The translations under genes were made by a program, and so were the position numbers. A stretch of DNA of 64,000 bases from Lama guanicoe (Eukaryota): the NCBI GenBank assembly GCA_013239625.1, contig MU056050.1, positions 4,783,366 to 4,847,365 of the forward strand. The letters are read 5' to 3'. Below are positions 25,801-39,324 of the stretch, piece after piece; positions within the stretch are counted from its first letter, which is position 1; each line of letters opens with the position of its first letter. The notes under the pieces were generated by a model, which was not told where the DNA came from, searched no databases, and saw nothing but the letters and a program-made list of their open reading frames with translations.

Positions 25801-27691
25801 TTATGTTTTTTAGGTACATAGGAGGACATTTCAAAATAACACTCTATGTACAGCACGATTCTAAATTTGTAAAGCAATTAGGTGAATACCCATTTAGACT
25901 TATGTATGAATATATTTAGAAGGAAAGATTGAAATAATATAAACCAATGTTTTGAGAGTGTTTACAAGTTATTTTTTTAATTTTTGAAAATTCTGAACAT
26001 TTAAAAAAATTTTCTTATTTTCCAAATTCCTTATGGCCAACTTATAGTCCCTTGAAAGTAATTTTTGAAGCATTAATACAAAACCATGAATCCTGGTGTT
26101 TCAGTCTGCTCAGGTTGCTATATAATTCAGTTCCATAGAATAGGTGGCTTATGCAACAAACACTTATTTCTCAAAATTTTAGAGGCTAGGAAGACCAAGA
26201 TCAAGGTGCAGCAGATTCAGTATCTGGTGAGAGCTCTCTGCCTGGTTTGCAGATGGCCCCCTTTTTGCAGTACCCTCACATGGCAGAGAGAGTGCGCCAT
26301 GTTTTTCCCTCTTTTTATATGGGCATTAATCCCATCACAAGGGATTAATACTTAATACCTCCCAAGGCCTCACCTCCACATACCATCACATTGGGAACTA
26401 GGGCTTAAATATGAATTTTGGGGGGCTCAAATATTTAGTCCATAGCATTCCATCCATGGGCCCCGAAACTCATATTCTTCTCAGATATAAAATATATTAA
26501 TTACATCCCAACAGCCCCCAAAGTCTTAACTCTTTCAAACATCAACTCTAAAGCCTAAAATCCAAAGTCTCATCCGAATATCATCTAAGATATGGGTAAG
26601 ACTCAGGGTGTGATTCATCCTGGGACAAATTTCCCTCTGGCTGTAAACCTGTGAAACCATACAAGTTCTATGCTTCCAAAAATACAGTGGTAGGACAGGT
26701 ATAGAATAGATACTTGCATTCCAAAAGGGAGAAATAGAAAGAAGATGTAATGGGTCCTAGGCAAGTCCAACACCTAGCAGGGCAAATTCCATGAGATCTT
26801 AAGGCTCAGAAATAATCCTCAGGCTAGATGCTCTGCCCTCCTGGCCCACTGGTGTGACACTGTCACAGCTCTGGGTGGCACTGCCCATTTGACTTTTGTT
26901 GGAGGACGTCTGGACTGTTGGAACTGAGGAGGTGGCCCTAATAATGTCTGAATTGCCTTCAAGACCATTCTTCTCTTTTCTTGAAGGCTAGCACAAGTTC
27001 ACAGTTGGATAGCTTTATTGAACTGTTCTGTGGAATATAAGAAGTCTGGCAGCCTTCCTGCATTCAGTCCTGTCTCCACAGCATTCTCATCTACTTATCA
27101 AATGATTGCTCTGCCACACCTTTACATAGTGTGCTCTTCAGAATAATACTTCTCATATTTTTTTTGCAAGATGGATACTCTGAGTGTTTTCTAAATCTTT
27201 ACATTTTAGCTTCTTTATATGTATAACAATTCCTTCTTCAATTTATTTCTCTCTTTTTACATTTTACTATAGTCAGGAAGAACCAAGCTGCCCCGTAACA
27301 TTTTCCTGAGAAATCTCAACTAAATATCTAATTTCATTGCTTATAAGGCTACGTTTCACAAAATGCTAAGACACAAACATAATTCAGCTAATTTTTTTGC
27401 CACTTTATAACAAGGATAACCTTTACTCCATTGTCCAGTAACATTTCTGTCTGAGTCCTCATCAGAATGGCCTTTTCTGTCCATATTTGTACCAACATTC
27501 TATTAACAACTACCTAGGTAATCTGTAAGAAGATAGAGGCTCTCTTTACTGTGCTCCTCTTTTCCTTCTGGGCCCTTTTAGATTTACCCTTAAAATTCTG
27601 TTTACAGCAATGTAAACTTTTCCTAGAATCCACCTCCAGACACTTTCAGCCTGTACCCATTACCTAGTTCTAAAGCTGCTTCTACATTTTT

Positions 27692-30600
27692 TTTTAACGA
27701 GTTATAGTCAGTTTACAATGTTGTGTCAATTTCCAGTGTAGAGCACAATTTTTCAGTTATACATGAACATACATATATTCATTGCCGTATTCTTTTTCGC
27801 TGTGAGCTACCACAAGATCTTATATATATTTCCTGTGCTATACAGTATAATCTTTTTGTCTATTCTACATATGCCTGTCAGTATCTACAAATTTCGAACT
27901 CCCAGTCTGTCCCTTCCCACTCCCCTCCTCCTTGGCAACAACAATTTTTTATTCTATGTCTATGGGTCTGTTTCTGTTTTGTGTTTATGTTCTTTTTTTT
28001 TAGATTCCACATATGAGCGATCTTATATGGTATGTTTCTTTCTCTTTCTGGCTTACTTCACTTAGAATGACATTCTCCAGGGACATCCATGTTACGTTAC
28101 ATCTATTCCTAGTCTTTTGAGGAATCTCCATACTGTTTTCCATAGTGGCTGCACCAAACTGCATTCCCACCAGCAGTATAGGAAGGTTCCCCTTTCTCCA
28201 CAGCCTCTCCAGCATTTGTCATTTGTGGATTTTTGAATGATGGCCATTCTGACTGGTGTGAGGTGATACCTCATTGTAGTTTTGATTTGCATTTCTCTGA
28301 TAATTAGTGATATTGAGCATTTTTTCATGTGCCTATTGATCATTTGTATGTCTTCCTTGGAGAATTGCTTGTTTAGGTCTTCTGCCCATTTTTGGATTGG
28401 GTTGTTTGTTTTTTTCTTATTAAGTCTTATGAGCTGCTTATATATTCTGGGGATCAAGCCTTTGTCAGTTTCATTTGCAAAACGTTTCTGCCATTCCGTA
28501 GGTTGTTGTTTTGTTTTATTTATGGTTTCCTTTGCTGTGCAGAAGCTTGTAAGTTTCATTAGGTCCCATTTGTTTATTCGTGCTTTTATTTCTATTGCTT
28601 GTGTAGACTGCCCTAGGAGAACATTTTTGAGATGTATGCCAGCTAATGTTTTGCCTATATTTTCTTCTAGGAGGTTTATTGTATCTTGTCTTATGTTTAA
28701 GTCTTTGATCCATTTTGAGTTGATTTTTGTTTATGGTGTAAGGGAGTGTTCTAGCTTCATAGCTTTCCATGCTGCTGTCCAGTTTTCCCAACACCATTTG
28801 CTGAAGAGACTGTTTTCATTCCATTGTATATTCTTGCCTCCTTTGTCGAAGATGAGTTCACCAAAAGTTTGTGGGTTCATTTCTGTTCCATTGGTCCGTA
28901 TGTCTGTTTTTGTAGCAATACCATGCTGTCTTGATGACTGTAGCTCTATAGTATTGTCTGAAGTCTGGGAGATTTATTCCTCCAGCCTCTTCCTTTTTCT
29001 TCAGTAATGCTTTGGCAATTTTAGGTCTTTTGTGGTTCCATAAAAATTTTCTTATGATTTGTTCTAGTTCTATGAAATGTGTCCTGGGTAATTTGATAGG
29101 GATTGCATTAAATCTGTAGATTGTCTTGGGCAGTATGACCATTTTAACAATATTGATTCTTTCATTCCAGGAGCATGGATATCTTTCCATTTTTTTAAGT
29201 CTTCTTTAATTTCCTTAATCAATGTTTTATAGTTCTCTGTGTATATGTCTTTCATCTCCTTGGTTAAATTTATTCCTAGGTATTTTATTACTTTGGGTGC
29301 TATTTTGAAAGGGATTGTTTCTTTACTTTCTTTTTCTGTTGATTCCTCGTTAGTGTAAAGAAATCCAACTTATTTTGAACGTTAATCTTGTAACCTGCTA
29401 CCTTGCTGAATTCTTCAATTAGTTCTAGTAGTTTTTGTGTGGACCTTTTAGGATTTTCTATATATAGTAACATGTTGTCGGCATATAGTGACACTTTTAC
29501 CTCTTCTATTCCAATTTGGATCCCTTTTATTTCTCTCTCTTGCCTAATTACTGTGGCTAGGACTTCTAAGACTATGTTGAATAGGAGTGGGCAGCCTTGT
29601 CTTGTCCCATATTTTAGTGGGAAGCTTTTGAGTTTTTCACCATTGAGTACTATGCTGGCTATAGGTTTGTCATATATAGCTTTTATTATGTTTAGATATG
29701 TTCCTTCTGTACCCACTTTGGTGAGAGTTTTTATCATAAATGGGTGTTGAATTTTATCAAATGCTTTTTCTGAATCTTTTGAGATGATCATGTGGTTTTT
29801 GTCCTTTCTCTTGTTGATTTGATTTATTACATCAATTGATTTGCATATGTTGAACCAGCCTTGTGTCCCTGGGATGAACCCCACTTGGTCATGATGTATA
29901 ATCTTTTTTATGTGCTGTTGGATTCTATTTGCTAATATTTTGGTAAGGATTTTACATCTATGTTGAACAGTGATATTGGTCTGTAATTCTTTTTTGGTGA
30001 TGTCTTTGCCTGGTTTTGGTATCAGGGTGATGGTGGCTTCACAGAGTGACTTTGGGAGTATTCCCTCCTTTTCAATCATCTGAAAGAGTTTGAGAAGGAC
30101 TGGTATGAGTTCTTCTTTGTATGTTTGGTAGAATTCCCCAGTGAAGCCGTCTGGTCCTGGACTTTTATTTGTAAGGGGGGGGGTTAATTGCTGATTCGAT
30201 TTTTTTTCTAGTGATCTGTTTATTCCAGTGGTCAGTTTCTTCTTGGTTTGGTCTTGGTGGACTGTATGTTTTCAGAAACTTGTCTGTCTCCTCTAGGTTA
30301 TCCATTTTGTTTCCATATAGTTTTTCATAATATTCTCCTATGATTTTCTGTATTTCTATGTTATTTGTTGTAATTTCTCCATTATCCTTTCTTATTTCAC
30401 TGATTTGTGCTCTTTTTTCTTCTGTGTGAGTTTCACCAGTGGTTTGTCGATTTTATTTACTTTTTCAAAAAACCAGCTTTAGGTTTGATTGATTTGTTTC
30501 TATTGTTTTTTTAATCTCTATTTTATTTATTTCCTTCCTGATCTTTATTATTTCCTTCCTTCTGCTGGCTTTTGGGGTTTTTTTGCTCTTCTTTTTCTAA

Positions 30601-33600
30601 ATATTTTAGCTGATAGTTTAGACTGTTTGAGATTGTTCTCTTTTTTTGAGGAAGGCCTGTGTTGCTATAAACTTCCCTCAGCACTGTCTTTGCTCCGTCC
30701 CATAGATTTTGTTTGGTCGTGTTTTCATTTTAATTTGTCTCTAAGTATTTTTTAATTTCAGCTTTGATTTCATCATTGACCCATTTTTTTTTTAAATAGC
30801 ATTTTGTTTAATCTCCATGCTTTCCTTTTTTTCTCCTTTGTTTCTCTAGTTGATTCTAGGTTCATGGCATTGTGGTCAGTAAACATTCTTAAGATAGTTT
30901 CTATCTTCTTAAAATTGTTGAGGCTTCTTTTGTACCCAAGTACATGGTCAGTCTTAGGAAATGTTCCATGTGCACTTGAAAAGAATGTATATCCTATTTT
31001 TCGGGGATGTAGTGCTCTGAAAATATCCACCAAATCTAATTTTTCTATTGTATCATTTAATTTCTCTGTTGCCTTATTTACTTTCTGTCTGGAAGATCTG
31101 TCTAGTGATGTTAATGCAGTGTTAAAATCTCCAACAATGATTGTATTCCCATCAATATACCCCTTTACATCTGTTAGTAATTGTTTTATGTACTTAGGTG
31201 CTTCTGTATTGGGTGCATATATATTAACGAGTGTAATATCTTCATCTTGTATTACTCCTTTAATCATTATAAAATGTCCTTTATCTTTTTTTATGGCCTT
31301 TGTTTTAAAGTCTACTTTGTCTGAAATCAGTATTGCTACTTTTTGGCTTTTCCATTTGCATGAAATATCCTTTTTCCATCCTTTCACTCTCAATCTATAC
31401 GTGTCCTTCTTCCTAAAGTGGGTCTCTTGTATGCAGCATACTGAAGGTTCTTGCTTTATTATCCAGTCTGTCACTCTGTGTCTTTTGACTGGAACATTTA
31501 GTCCATTAACATTTACAGTAATTAATGATAGATGTGTGTTTATTGTTATTTTGAACTTACTTTTGCAGGTGATTTGGTATTTCCTCTTTGTTCCTTTCTT
31601 CTTCCTTTTGTGGTTTGGTAATTTTCCTTTGTATTATCTTGGATTTTATATAGTTTTTGTGACTCACTTGTAAGTTTTTGTCTTGTGGTTACCCTTTTTT
31701 ATAAGTCTATTAACCCATTACTATAACTCTTTGTATTATACAGATAGTAATATAATCTCAAACCCATCCTACCGAGAACAAAAAATTAAAAAAAAAAAAA
31801 CTATTTTCTTGCTTCCCTCTCCCACTCTTAATAATTTAGATGTCTTCTTTTATAATTTCATGTTTATTCTATTTGTAGTTCATGGTAATTCATGTAATTC
31901 ATTATCACCTTTCCAGTATGATTTTCTCATTTCTGTAGCATCCTGCTTCTTTTCTATTTAGAGTAGACCTTTCAGTATTTATTTCGGCATGTGTTTAGTG
32001 TTGCTAAACTTTTCTAGTTTTTGCTTGTCTGTGAAGTTCTGTATCTGTCCTTCAATTCTAAAGGATAACCTTGCTGAATAAATTATCCTAGGCTGCATTT
32101 TTTTTTTTTTCAATTCAGGACTTTGAATGTATCTTGCCACCCCCTTCTGGCCTGTAATGGTTGTGTAGAGAAATCAGCTGAAAGACTTAATGGGGTTTCC
32201 TTGTTACTCAGTCTTTGTTTTTCTCTTACTGCCTTTAGGATCATTTCTTTATCCTTGACCCTGGCCATCTTGATTGTAATATGTCTTGGTGTGGGTCTGT
32301 TTGGGTTCTTCCTGTTTGGGACCCTCTGAACTTCCTGTAGTTGGATATCTGATTCCTTGTTTAGGTTTGGGAAGTCTTCAGTCATGATTTCTTCAAATAC
32401 CTTTTCAATTCCCTTTGTTCTTTCTTCCCGTTCTGGAACTCATATTATGCGTAGATTGGCATGCTTTATATTATCCCATAGGTCCCTTATATTGCTTCAT
32501 TGGGTTTTATTTGTTTTTTTTCTCAGCTGTTCTGATTGGGTGCTTTCTGTTGTCCTGTCTTCTAGGTTACTTATTCGTTCCTCTGCATTATCTACCTTGC
32601 TTCATACAGCCTTTAGATCAGCTCTCATCTCAGCAAATGAGTTTACCAGTTTTTCTTGGCTCTTTTTTATAGCTTCAATTTCATTTTTAACATTTTATAT
32701 CTCTAAACACTATCTCTTTTAGTTTCTTCAGTACTTTGATCACTCCTTGTTTGAAATCTTGATCTAGTAGGCCATCAATGTCTATTTCATTGATTGTTCT
32801 TTCAGGGGATTTCTCTTGTTCTTTTAATGGGATTGGTTCCTCTACTTTATCTTGCTCATATCTCTCTGGCACTTTGGCTTATGGAGTATTAGTTATCTAT
32901 TACGGTCCTTAAGGAGTTTATTTGTGTATCTAAAGCCTATGCAGGAATAAAACTTAAAAAAAAAGATAGTTTTAAAAGAAGGTAGGGAAATAAAAAAGAT
33001 TTCAAAATATATAACCAGTAACACAAGAACAAGTTGAATCAAAATAGCAGTCAAGTTGAGATATCTTTTAAAAACCTTAAAAGAAGGAGAAAAGAACAAA
33101 AAAGCAAACAGAAAAGTATTTGAAGCCTGAGTATAATCAATATCAGATCAAAACCAAGAGAAATAAAAATGAAATGAGGTAAATTTTTAAAAACAATAAT
33201 AATAAAAATATTTTAAAAGAAAAATTTTAAAGGGATTGTAACTGGAGACGTATACAATTGTTTAAAAAGTGAAAATTAGAAAGGTAACAGAAAATAGATT
33301 AAAAAAAAGAAAAACCGAAAGGGAAAAAATAGGGGGATGTGTTCTTGTGGAGACTGTGTGCTCCTGATGATTTTATCTAGAGGTCTTTCTGTCTTTGCCC
33401 TGCTGCTCGAACTCAGCTTGCTGCTTCCAGAGGTCCTCTGTTGTGCCCCTGGTCTGTGCTGCTCCCAGTCGGCAAGCAGATCGTGCCCTCTCCCAACAGT
33501 GTGATCAGTTGCTGTGCTCTTACATGGTGGGCAGGGGGGTCACGCCCCCTCTTAACTTGGAGGTCGCTCATCTTAGACTGGCAGATTGTGCCCCCTCCCA

Positions 33601-34689
33601 ACACTGGTCAGGTGCTGCGCTCTTACAGGGTGGGCGGGCAGATCACTCCCCTCCTGATGCCTTGGTCAGATGCTGCACTCTGGTGAGGTAGGCAGGCAGG
33701 TCTTGCCCCCTCCCAGCACCGCAGTCAGGTACTGTGCTCCTCACGGGAAGGTGGGTGGCCACTCCCCCTCTCCCGGCACTGGTTGCTCCCCTGCTCTGTG
33801 CAGCTGCCTGCTCCACCTCAGGTCCACAGTCCATAGGCAGGCTTGGGAACAGCCCAGTCCCTTCTCCATGCCAAAACTCATCTCCTTGTTTGTTTGTCTT
33901 GGAGGCATGAGTTCTCAGAGGTAGCTGGGCAGAAAGATCCTATCTGCCATGGGCTGTAAACAAGCCTTTGAGGCTGCTAAGCCCTTAGGTGCAGATTTAG
34001 GTTTCAACCCCACCCCAGGCTGGGTGCTAAGCACTAGAAGATATGGAAGCTGTGCCTGAGCCCTGCCTCCTTTCTCCTGAAAACCTGTAGGTTTTTGGAG
34101 ATAGGAAGTATGGCACCCTTCCCCCCAGGACACATCAGCCGTGTTGTTTTATCGAGGGCCCAGGTTGTTCTGCCCTCTGTACCCTCTCATCCACGGCATG
34201 CAGCCCCCTCCGGTCCCCCGTGGCTGCCTCAATGCAGCTGCCGCAGTCCTCTGCCTGGCTCGGGCAGCCTGTCCTGGCCCCCAGCTGCTGGCTCGTGTCT
34301 TGGGCTGGGTGTCCCAGGGACCCTCTGTTCCCATTTAACTCAGTTCTGTCAGTCAAGGGCTGCTCCGTATGGATCTGAGCCTTGGAGGCTCCACCTCCAT
34401 CCCACTGGCCTCTCCGTTGGAGAGGGGAAGACCCAGCACATAAGTGCTATTCCTCCTTTGCTGCTCCCTCCCCGTGGGACCAGTCCCGCACTGTTTTGCT
34501 TTTTCTTCTTTTTTCCTTTTCTCCTACTAGGTTCATGGCGTCTTTGTCTTTTGAAGAGGGCGATGTTCTGTGGGAGTTTAGCAGGTGGTCTGGTTGGCTG
34601 AGTGGGTCCGTGAATGTGAGTTTTGGTGTATTTGTGGGACATGGTGAGTTACGAGCATCCTTCTACTCCACCATCTTGGCCAATTTCCT
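27692..34689 (-). mobile_element. Near full-length young L1 (~7.0 kb): 5' UTR, ORF1 (~32900-31950) and ORF2 (~31500-28090), both disrupted
   Basis: ORF1 peptide (PNRPTPRHITIKM, LSADFS), EN peptide (CCIQETH, NIYAPN, VGDFNT), RT peptide ([23 protein letters not shown]); start motif ccaagatggtggag; perfect 16-bp TSD ctgcttctacattttt. Confidence 0.96.
33470..33785. repeat. Tandem ~57-bp GC-rich monomers in the L1 5' UTR
   Basis: Recurring gcagat(c/t)gtgccc(c/t)ctccca...tcag(g/t)tgctg(c/t)gctct unit, about 5-6 diverged copies. Confidence 0.75.
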
Positions 34690-35799
34690 CTGCTTCTACA
34701 TTTTTAGGTATTTGCTACAGCAGCACACCACTTTGCTGTACCAATTTCTGTCTTAGTAAGATTAGGCTGCTATAATGGAATACCATGCACTAGGTAGATT
34801 AAAAAACAGACATTTATATCTTATAGTTCTGGAAGCTGGGAAGTCCAAGTTCCAGAGGCCAGCAGATTCAGTGCCTGGTGAGATTCCTCTTTGTGGTTTG
34901 CAGATGGCCAGCCTCTTGCAGTATGCACATGTAGCTGAGAGAGGGAGCTCTCATGTTTCTTCTTTTCTTATAAGGAAATTGATTTGATCATGAGGGCCCC
35001 ACCATCATGACCTAATCTAGCCCCTATTTACCTCTCAAAGACCCTACCTCCAAATAGTATCCCATTGGGGATTAGAATTTTAACATATGAATTTTTTGGT
35101 GGGGGGAAATGTCTAGTCCATAGAACCTGGCATACAAAACAATAGTGTAATAGCACAGTGCTTGGCTCAGAGTAAACCAGTAAATATTAGTTCATGCCAA
35201 TAGGAAAGCTTCAGCAAGTTGTTATGGGGATCTGATTGCATTTAGAACAGTCTGTATATTTGGTAAAGTATGAGTGACAGAAGGGAAAAAGGCCATTTTG
35301 TGGAAGCTGCCAAAGAATGTCATTCTTCACATACAAAAATGATATGATACATGCACAGACCATTTAATTTTGAAACATTTGTAATAGATGATTTTTTTAG
35401 ATAATTTCAGGTGACAAACTTAAATTTGATCATTCGTTTAAAGACAATTGAATAAACTAAATTTTATAGTGAAATTTTGCCAGTCTGTATAATAGAATTA
35501 CCTCAGAACCAGTGATTTTCATTTCTGTATGTCAACTGCATTTTCATTTTTCCTTTGTGTTAAATGCCACATGTAATCATTTCTGAGTTTGAGGGAAATA
35601 GTGCCCTACCGTAAAAGAAAATCAACAAAATAACATTTGACAAGAATAATTACAAAATTCAATATTTTGTTTCAAAATACCATCTGCTAATTTTGTTATA
35701 GAGGGAATTTCTATGCTATCAGGCATTTGGACTAGATGACTAACTTGCCATCTAGTCCTATCCAAGTTAGAAGCACTGATTATAATTAAGGAAAGAAAA

Positions 35800-35945
35800 A
35801 AATAATAGTACTAATATTAATGGTAATATTAATACTAATAGTAATGCTAATGTTAAAATTAATATCAATACCAGTATTAATACTAACACCAAAGCAAATA
35901 TAATATTAAGTCCAAAATCAATACTAATTAATGCTAATATTAACA
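35800..35945. repeat. AT-rich low-complexity tract (aatatt/aatact-like hexamers)
   Basis: Direct reading. Confidence 0.75.
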
Positions 35946-37569
35946 GTAAGTAAGTAACCATTATCCATTATGTTAAGATTTTTATATGTACTTTCATTAA
36001 ATCTTCATAACAACTTGATAAAGAAGATACTACTATCTTTATGAGTAAGATATCAAAAGTTTTGTATAATAACTTGCCTGAAGTCTCACAACTTGAAAAT
36101 GATGGAATAAAGATTACACACCAAGTCTGTTTCCAGGCTGTGCTTTCTCAGCCAAATATTAATTTTCTTTTGAATCTACTTTTGGACACAGAATCGTTGC
36201 CATCCTTGAAGCCCTCTGGAATTATAACATATCTTGTATTAAACTGATAAAAACATCTCCATCAAATTTTATGAAAATAATTTTAATTTTCTTTTACAGC
36301 TTTCATTAGAGCTCTGATACCCCGCCCTTGCCCCCCTGCCAGGTTCTTCCTACAGTTTCCTAGTAGCAATTTGAAAAGCAGATAAAGAAAGTGAAAAGAA
36401 ATTAACCTAAATACCTTGAATAAAGCATTTCTTTGGCTCAGGGGAAATACTAAAAGGTAGTTTTCTACTAACACTGTGGCAGATACAATGAACTCTTGAT
36501 GTTCAGTGGCATTTTACTAATATGATTTTGTCTCCAGAGTTTCTGCTTCTTTGCTTCTAATTACTATATTTTCTTACTCAATAATTTCTTATGTTTTTAT
36601 TGTGCTAGTTTTACCAAAGTCCTTCCTACTGTTAATGCATTTGAAAATACAGCCATAAAATTTTATATAATAGTAGTAATCTGAAAAGAACATATCGATC
36701 AGCTGGTCAATTATAATCAACTCAATAAGTCATTGGCCTGAGCGTGTGTATCTCCTAAGTCTAAGATCAGATTCCTTTGTTCTTTAATTGCTTTTGGAAA
36801 CTCATTTTTATTCCTGAAATGAATAGGGATCAATGTGTATTGCAAACAAGGTTCACACATCACCCTTTATGACTCTAACACCAACATTTATTCATCACAT
36901 TTTAAGATTATATTTTTTTGATGGGCAGATGCATTGGTATTTTCTGTTCTTGCTATGACCAGTTGACATTTCTGAAATAACAATAAGTAAGAAAGAATTA
37001 TCTCCGTTCTACAGGTCTGAGTGGCACTAAGTAGGACACATTATCTTGCTTGCTGACAGCTGCATGTGAACAGTAACAGCTGTTTAAAGAGACAGATGTT
37101 TAGGGTTCTGTGTGCAGATTTTCTCCATGGACAGAGCAAATCTAATTGACCTATTTGGGGATTGATGGTACAACATTAGTCTCATTATTATCAGGCAAAG
37201 AAACTGAGCCAACTGGACACAGATTGAAAGCAATTTTAAATTCTTAGAGGGAGTATGCTTATATATAGCCCTTTAAACCGTGCCGTTTTTCTTCGATGTG
37301 AGACATGTATATCTAATCACTTTCTCACATTCATAAATTGCAGTTCTTTTTTTCATATTCTTAATTCTCACTGCATTCAAATCTAGTTCAGTGTAAAAGC
37401 AGTGAACAGTGTATTTCTGATTTAATTACTGTTCCGCATTAAGGTAATTCAACCTGAAGTAATATTTAAAATTATGAAATTTTAAATAACACACGTATGA
37501 TCCTGGAAACTTTCTGCTCACAGACAATAAAACCTCTCTGACTTTTTTTCAAAATCTGGAAACAAGGAC

Positions 37570-37790
37570 TGACATTGACTGACAGGCTTGAATTACTTGC
37601 TAAGATTTAGATAAAACCTCAGTCCAAGCTCTACTTCAAATCAATCTGTGACCCCCCCAAGCAAGATAATTAGCCTCTCCCTACTGCCATTTTCTAATCT
37701 GTGAAATGAGGATGATAATAGTGACTTGTCGTATGGAGTTACTGTGAGGAATTACTGCAAAACACTTGAAAAAATATGAGGTGGTATACA
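37570..37790 (+). mobile_element. MIR SINE
   Basis: ttttctaatctgtgaaatgaggatgataatagtgact...gttactgtgaggaatt. Confidence 0.78.
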
Positions 37791-37849
37791 ATTTACTCCT
37801 AATTATAATAATCATACTACACGTGGGTGTCCTCTGCACAAAATCTTAC

Positions 37850-37910
37850 TTTCAGAAATGCCATAAGTATAATTATTCAGAAAGTCTGCTGAAAATATGT
37901 CTTGGTTTAA
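37850..37910 (-). pseudogene. Candidate exon, 61 bp, phase 0-1: LNQDIFSADFLNNYTYGISE
   Basis: Acceptor tcttgattctgttcag, donor AA|gtaaga; only frame 0 is open. Confidence 0.55.
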
Positions 37911-38256
37911 CTGAACAGAATCAAGATAGCTTTTTAGCAGTGGGTGTGGATCAACAGCAGTAGCCATGCAGTAAATGGAAACGTTTATTTAAAAATGGTA
38001 AAAATGTCAGACTGGGCCAAATGAGGAAGACAAAGCTAAATTCTCATCTTGTGAATTATATTGATTCAGTGTTATCAACAGGCTCTGCAGATAGTGCTAA
38101 TTACTCTAACTCCATAGTCAGTGCATCACTGTGCTGTGCCCTGATTCTTGAGCAACAACGGAATAAAAAGGTCAGAGAAAAATGCAGAGTCCTAATTGAT
38201 ACCAATATTTCTACCTTTCTTTACTCATAATTAATACATAAGCTCTATCCTTAATT

Positions 38257-38472
38257 CAAGGTTTCTAGCTTTGCCACTATTGACATTTTGGACTAGATAG
38301 TCCTTTGTTGTAGAGGGTCGCCCCGTATACTGTAAGCTGTTTAGCAGCATACCTTGGATTCTTCCCACTAAGTATCAATAGCACTTTCCCCACTATTGTG
38401 ATAACCAAAAATATCTCCACTAATTGCCAGATGTCCTCTGGTTGGGGAGGTCACTCTTGGTTGAGAACTGCT
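38257..38472. mobile_element. MER20 hAT MITE
   Basis: cactattgacattttggactagata...attgccagatgtcctctgg...ggttgagaactgct. Confidence 0.85.
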
Positions 38473-39324
38473 ATCTTAAATCAGTGATCTCTAACCAGAA
38501 TTTCTTAGGGGATGTTAAAGAAACAAAATATTTTATTAGAGGGAAGCATTGCTTAAATGATACACAAAATCCCAGCCTATGATTATACTCTGTTAATTAG
38601 GTTTTTACTTCTGTGCCCCTTTCTTTTCTATTCTAATAACTTTAATGAATCTTCTTTCCCTTTCCTTATTCCCCAAATGAATGACACTACTGGAAGTTAT
38701 GGAATTGTCAGTAGCTGAGTTGAATAGACATAGATGTCGGCTGCAGTCACCATCCCCAAAGCAAGGTCCTTTCATATCTCATGCGTTCTTGTCATGAATG
38801 TACCATCAACTGATAGCCTACTTGCTTTCATTATCAACAAGACAACTCTGTTTTTTCCCCTCAGTGTTACAGAGAGCCTGGGTTGGGAAGACCAATGATT
38901 TAAACCACATCACACATCTCCTACAGTTGTCCCTGAGGCTTGTAACTACCTGTGGAGACTTTGTAGGGGAATATCACATAAGAAAAAATAGCTACTCTCT
39001 CTTCTAGACAGATGCAGAGGTCATGTTGTATCAGCGTTTTCATTTTCAGAGTTTAAGCATGCTTGTAATTATGAAGCACTGGGTTAAAGAATGTCATTGT
39101 CAACTGTGGTCTTCTGCTATTTCAGTATTGTAAGATTAGGTTTAATGATGCCCCAAACAAACATATACAGTGTGGAGTGTATCTATCCTTTTTTGTGAAT
39201 TGTAATCAAAACACCAATGCACTTCAAGCACCACTGGGCTAATAGTAAAGAGGCAACAAGCATTGTTCTCCCTGTCACCAAGGCCAAGTGTCAGTTGCCA
39301 TTATCACTATATATACTTATAGTT

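Larger units (their letters stand above)
26097..35125 (-). mobile_element. Complete MaLR (MLT1A-like) provirus: 3' LTR 26097-26446, internal region, 5' LTR 34749-35125; split by a full-length L1
   Basis: Two LTRs; the internal region begins gaaattggtacagc...aaatacctaaaaatgtagaagcag; perfect 5-bp TSD cctgg (26092-26096, 35126-35130). Confidence 0.9.

Noticed and set aside
28282..31673. Long plus-strand ORFs (241 aa at 28282-29007, 289 aa at 30804-31673)
   Set aside because: Antisense shadows of L1 ORF2; not independent genes.
33395..34756. GC-rich island with many overlapping ORFs, resembling a gene promoter
   Set aside because: It is the 5' UTR of the full-length L1, inside its TSD; GC content explains the open frames.
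35767..35961. Hydrophobic 64-aa ORF resembling a membrane protein
   Set aside because: Translation artefact of an AT-rich hexamer-like repeat.
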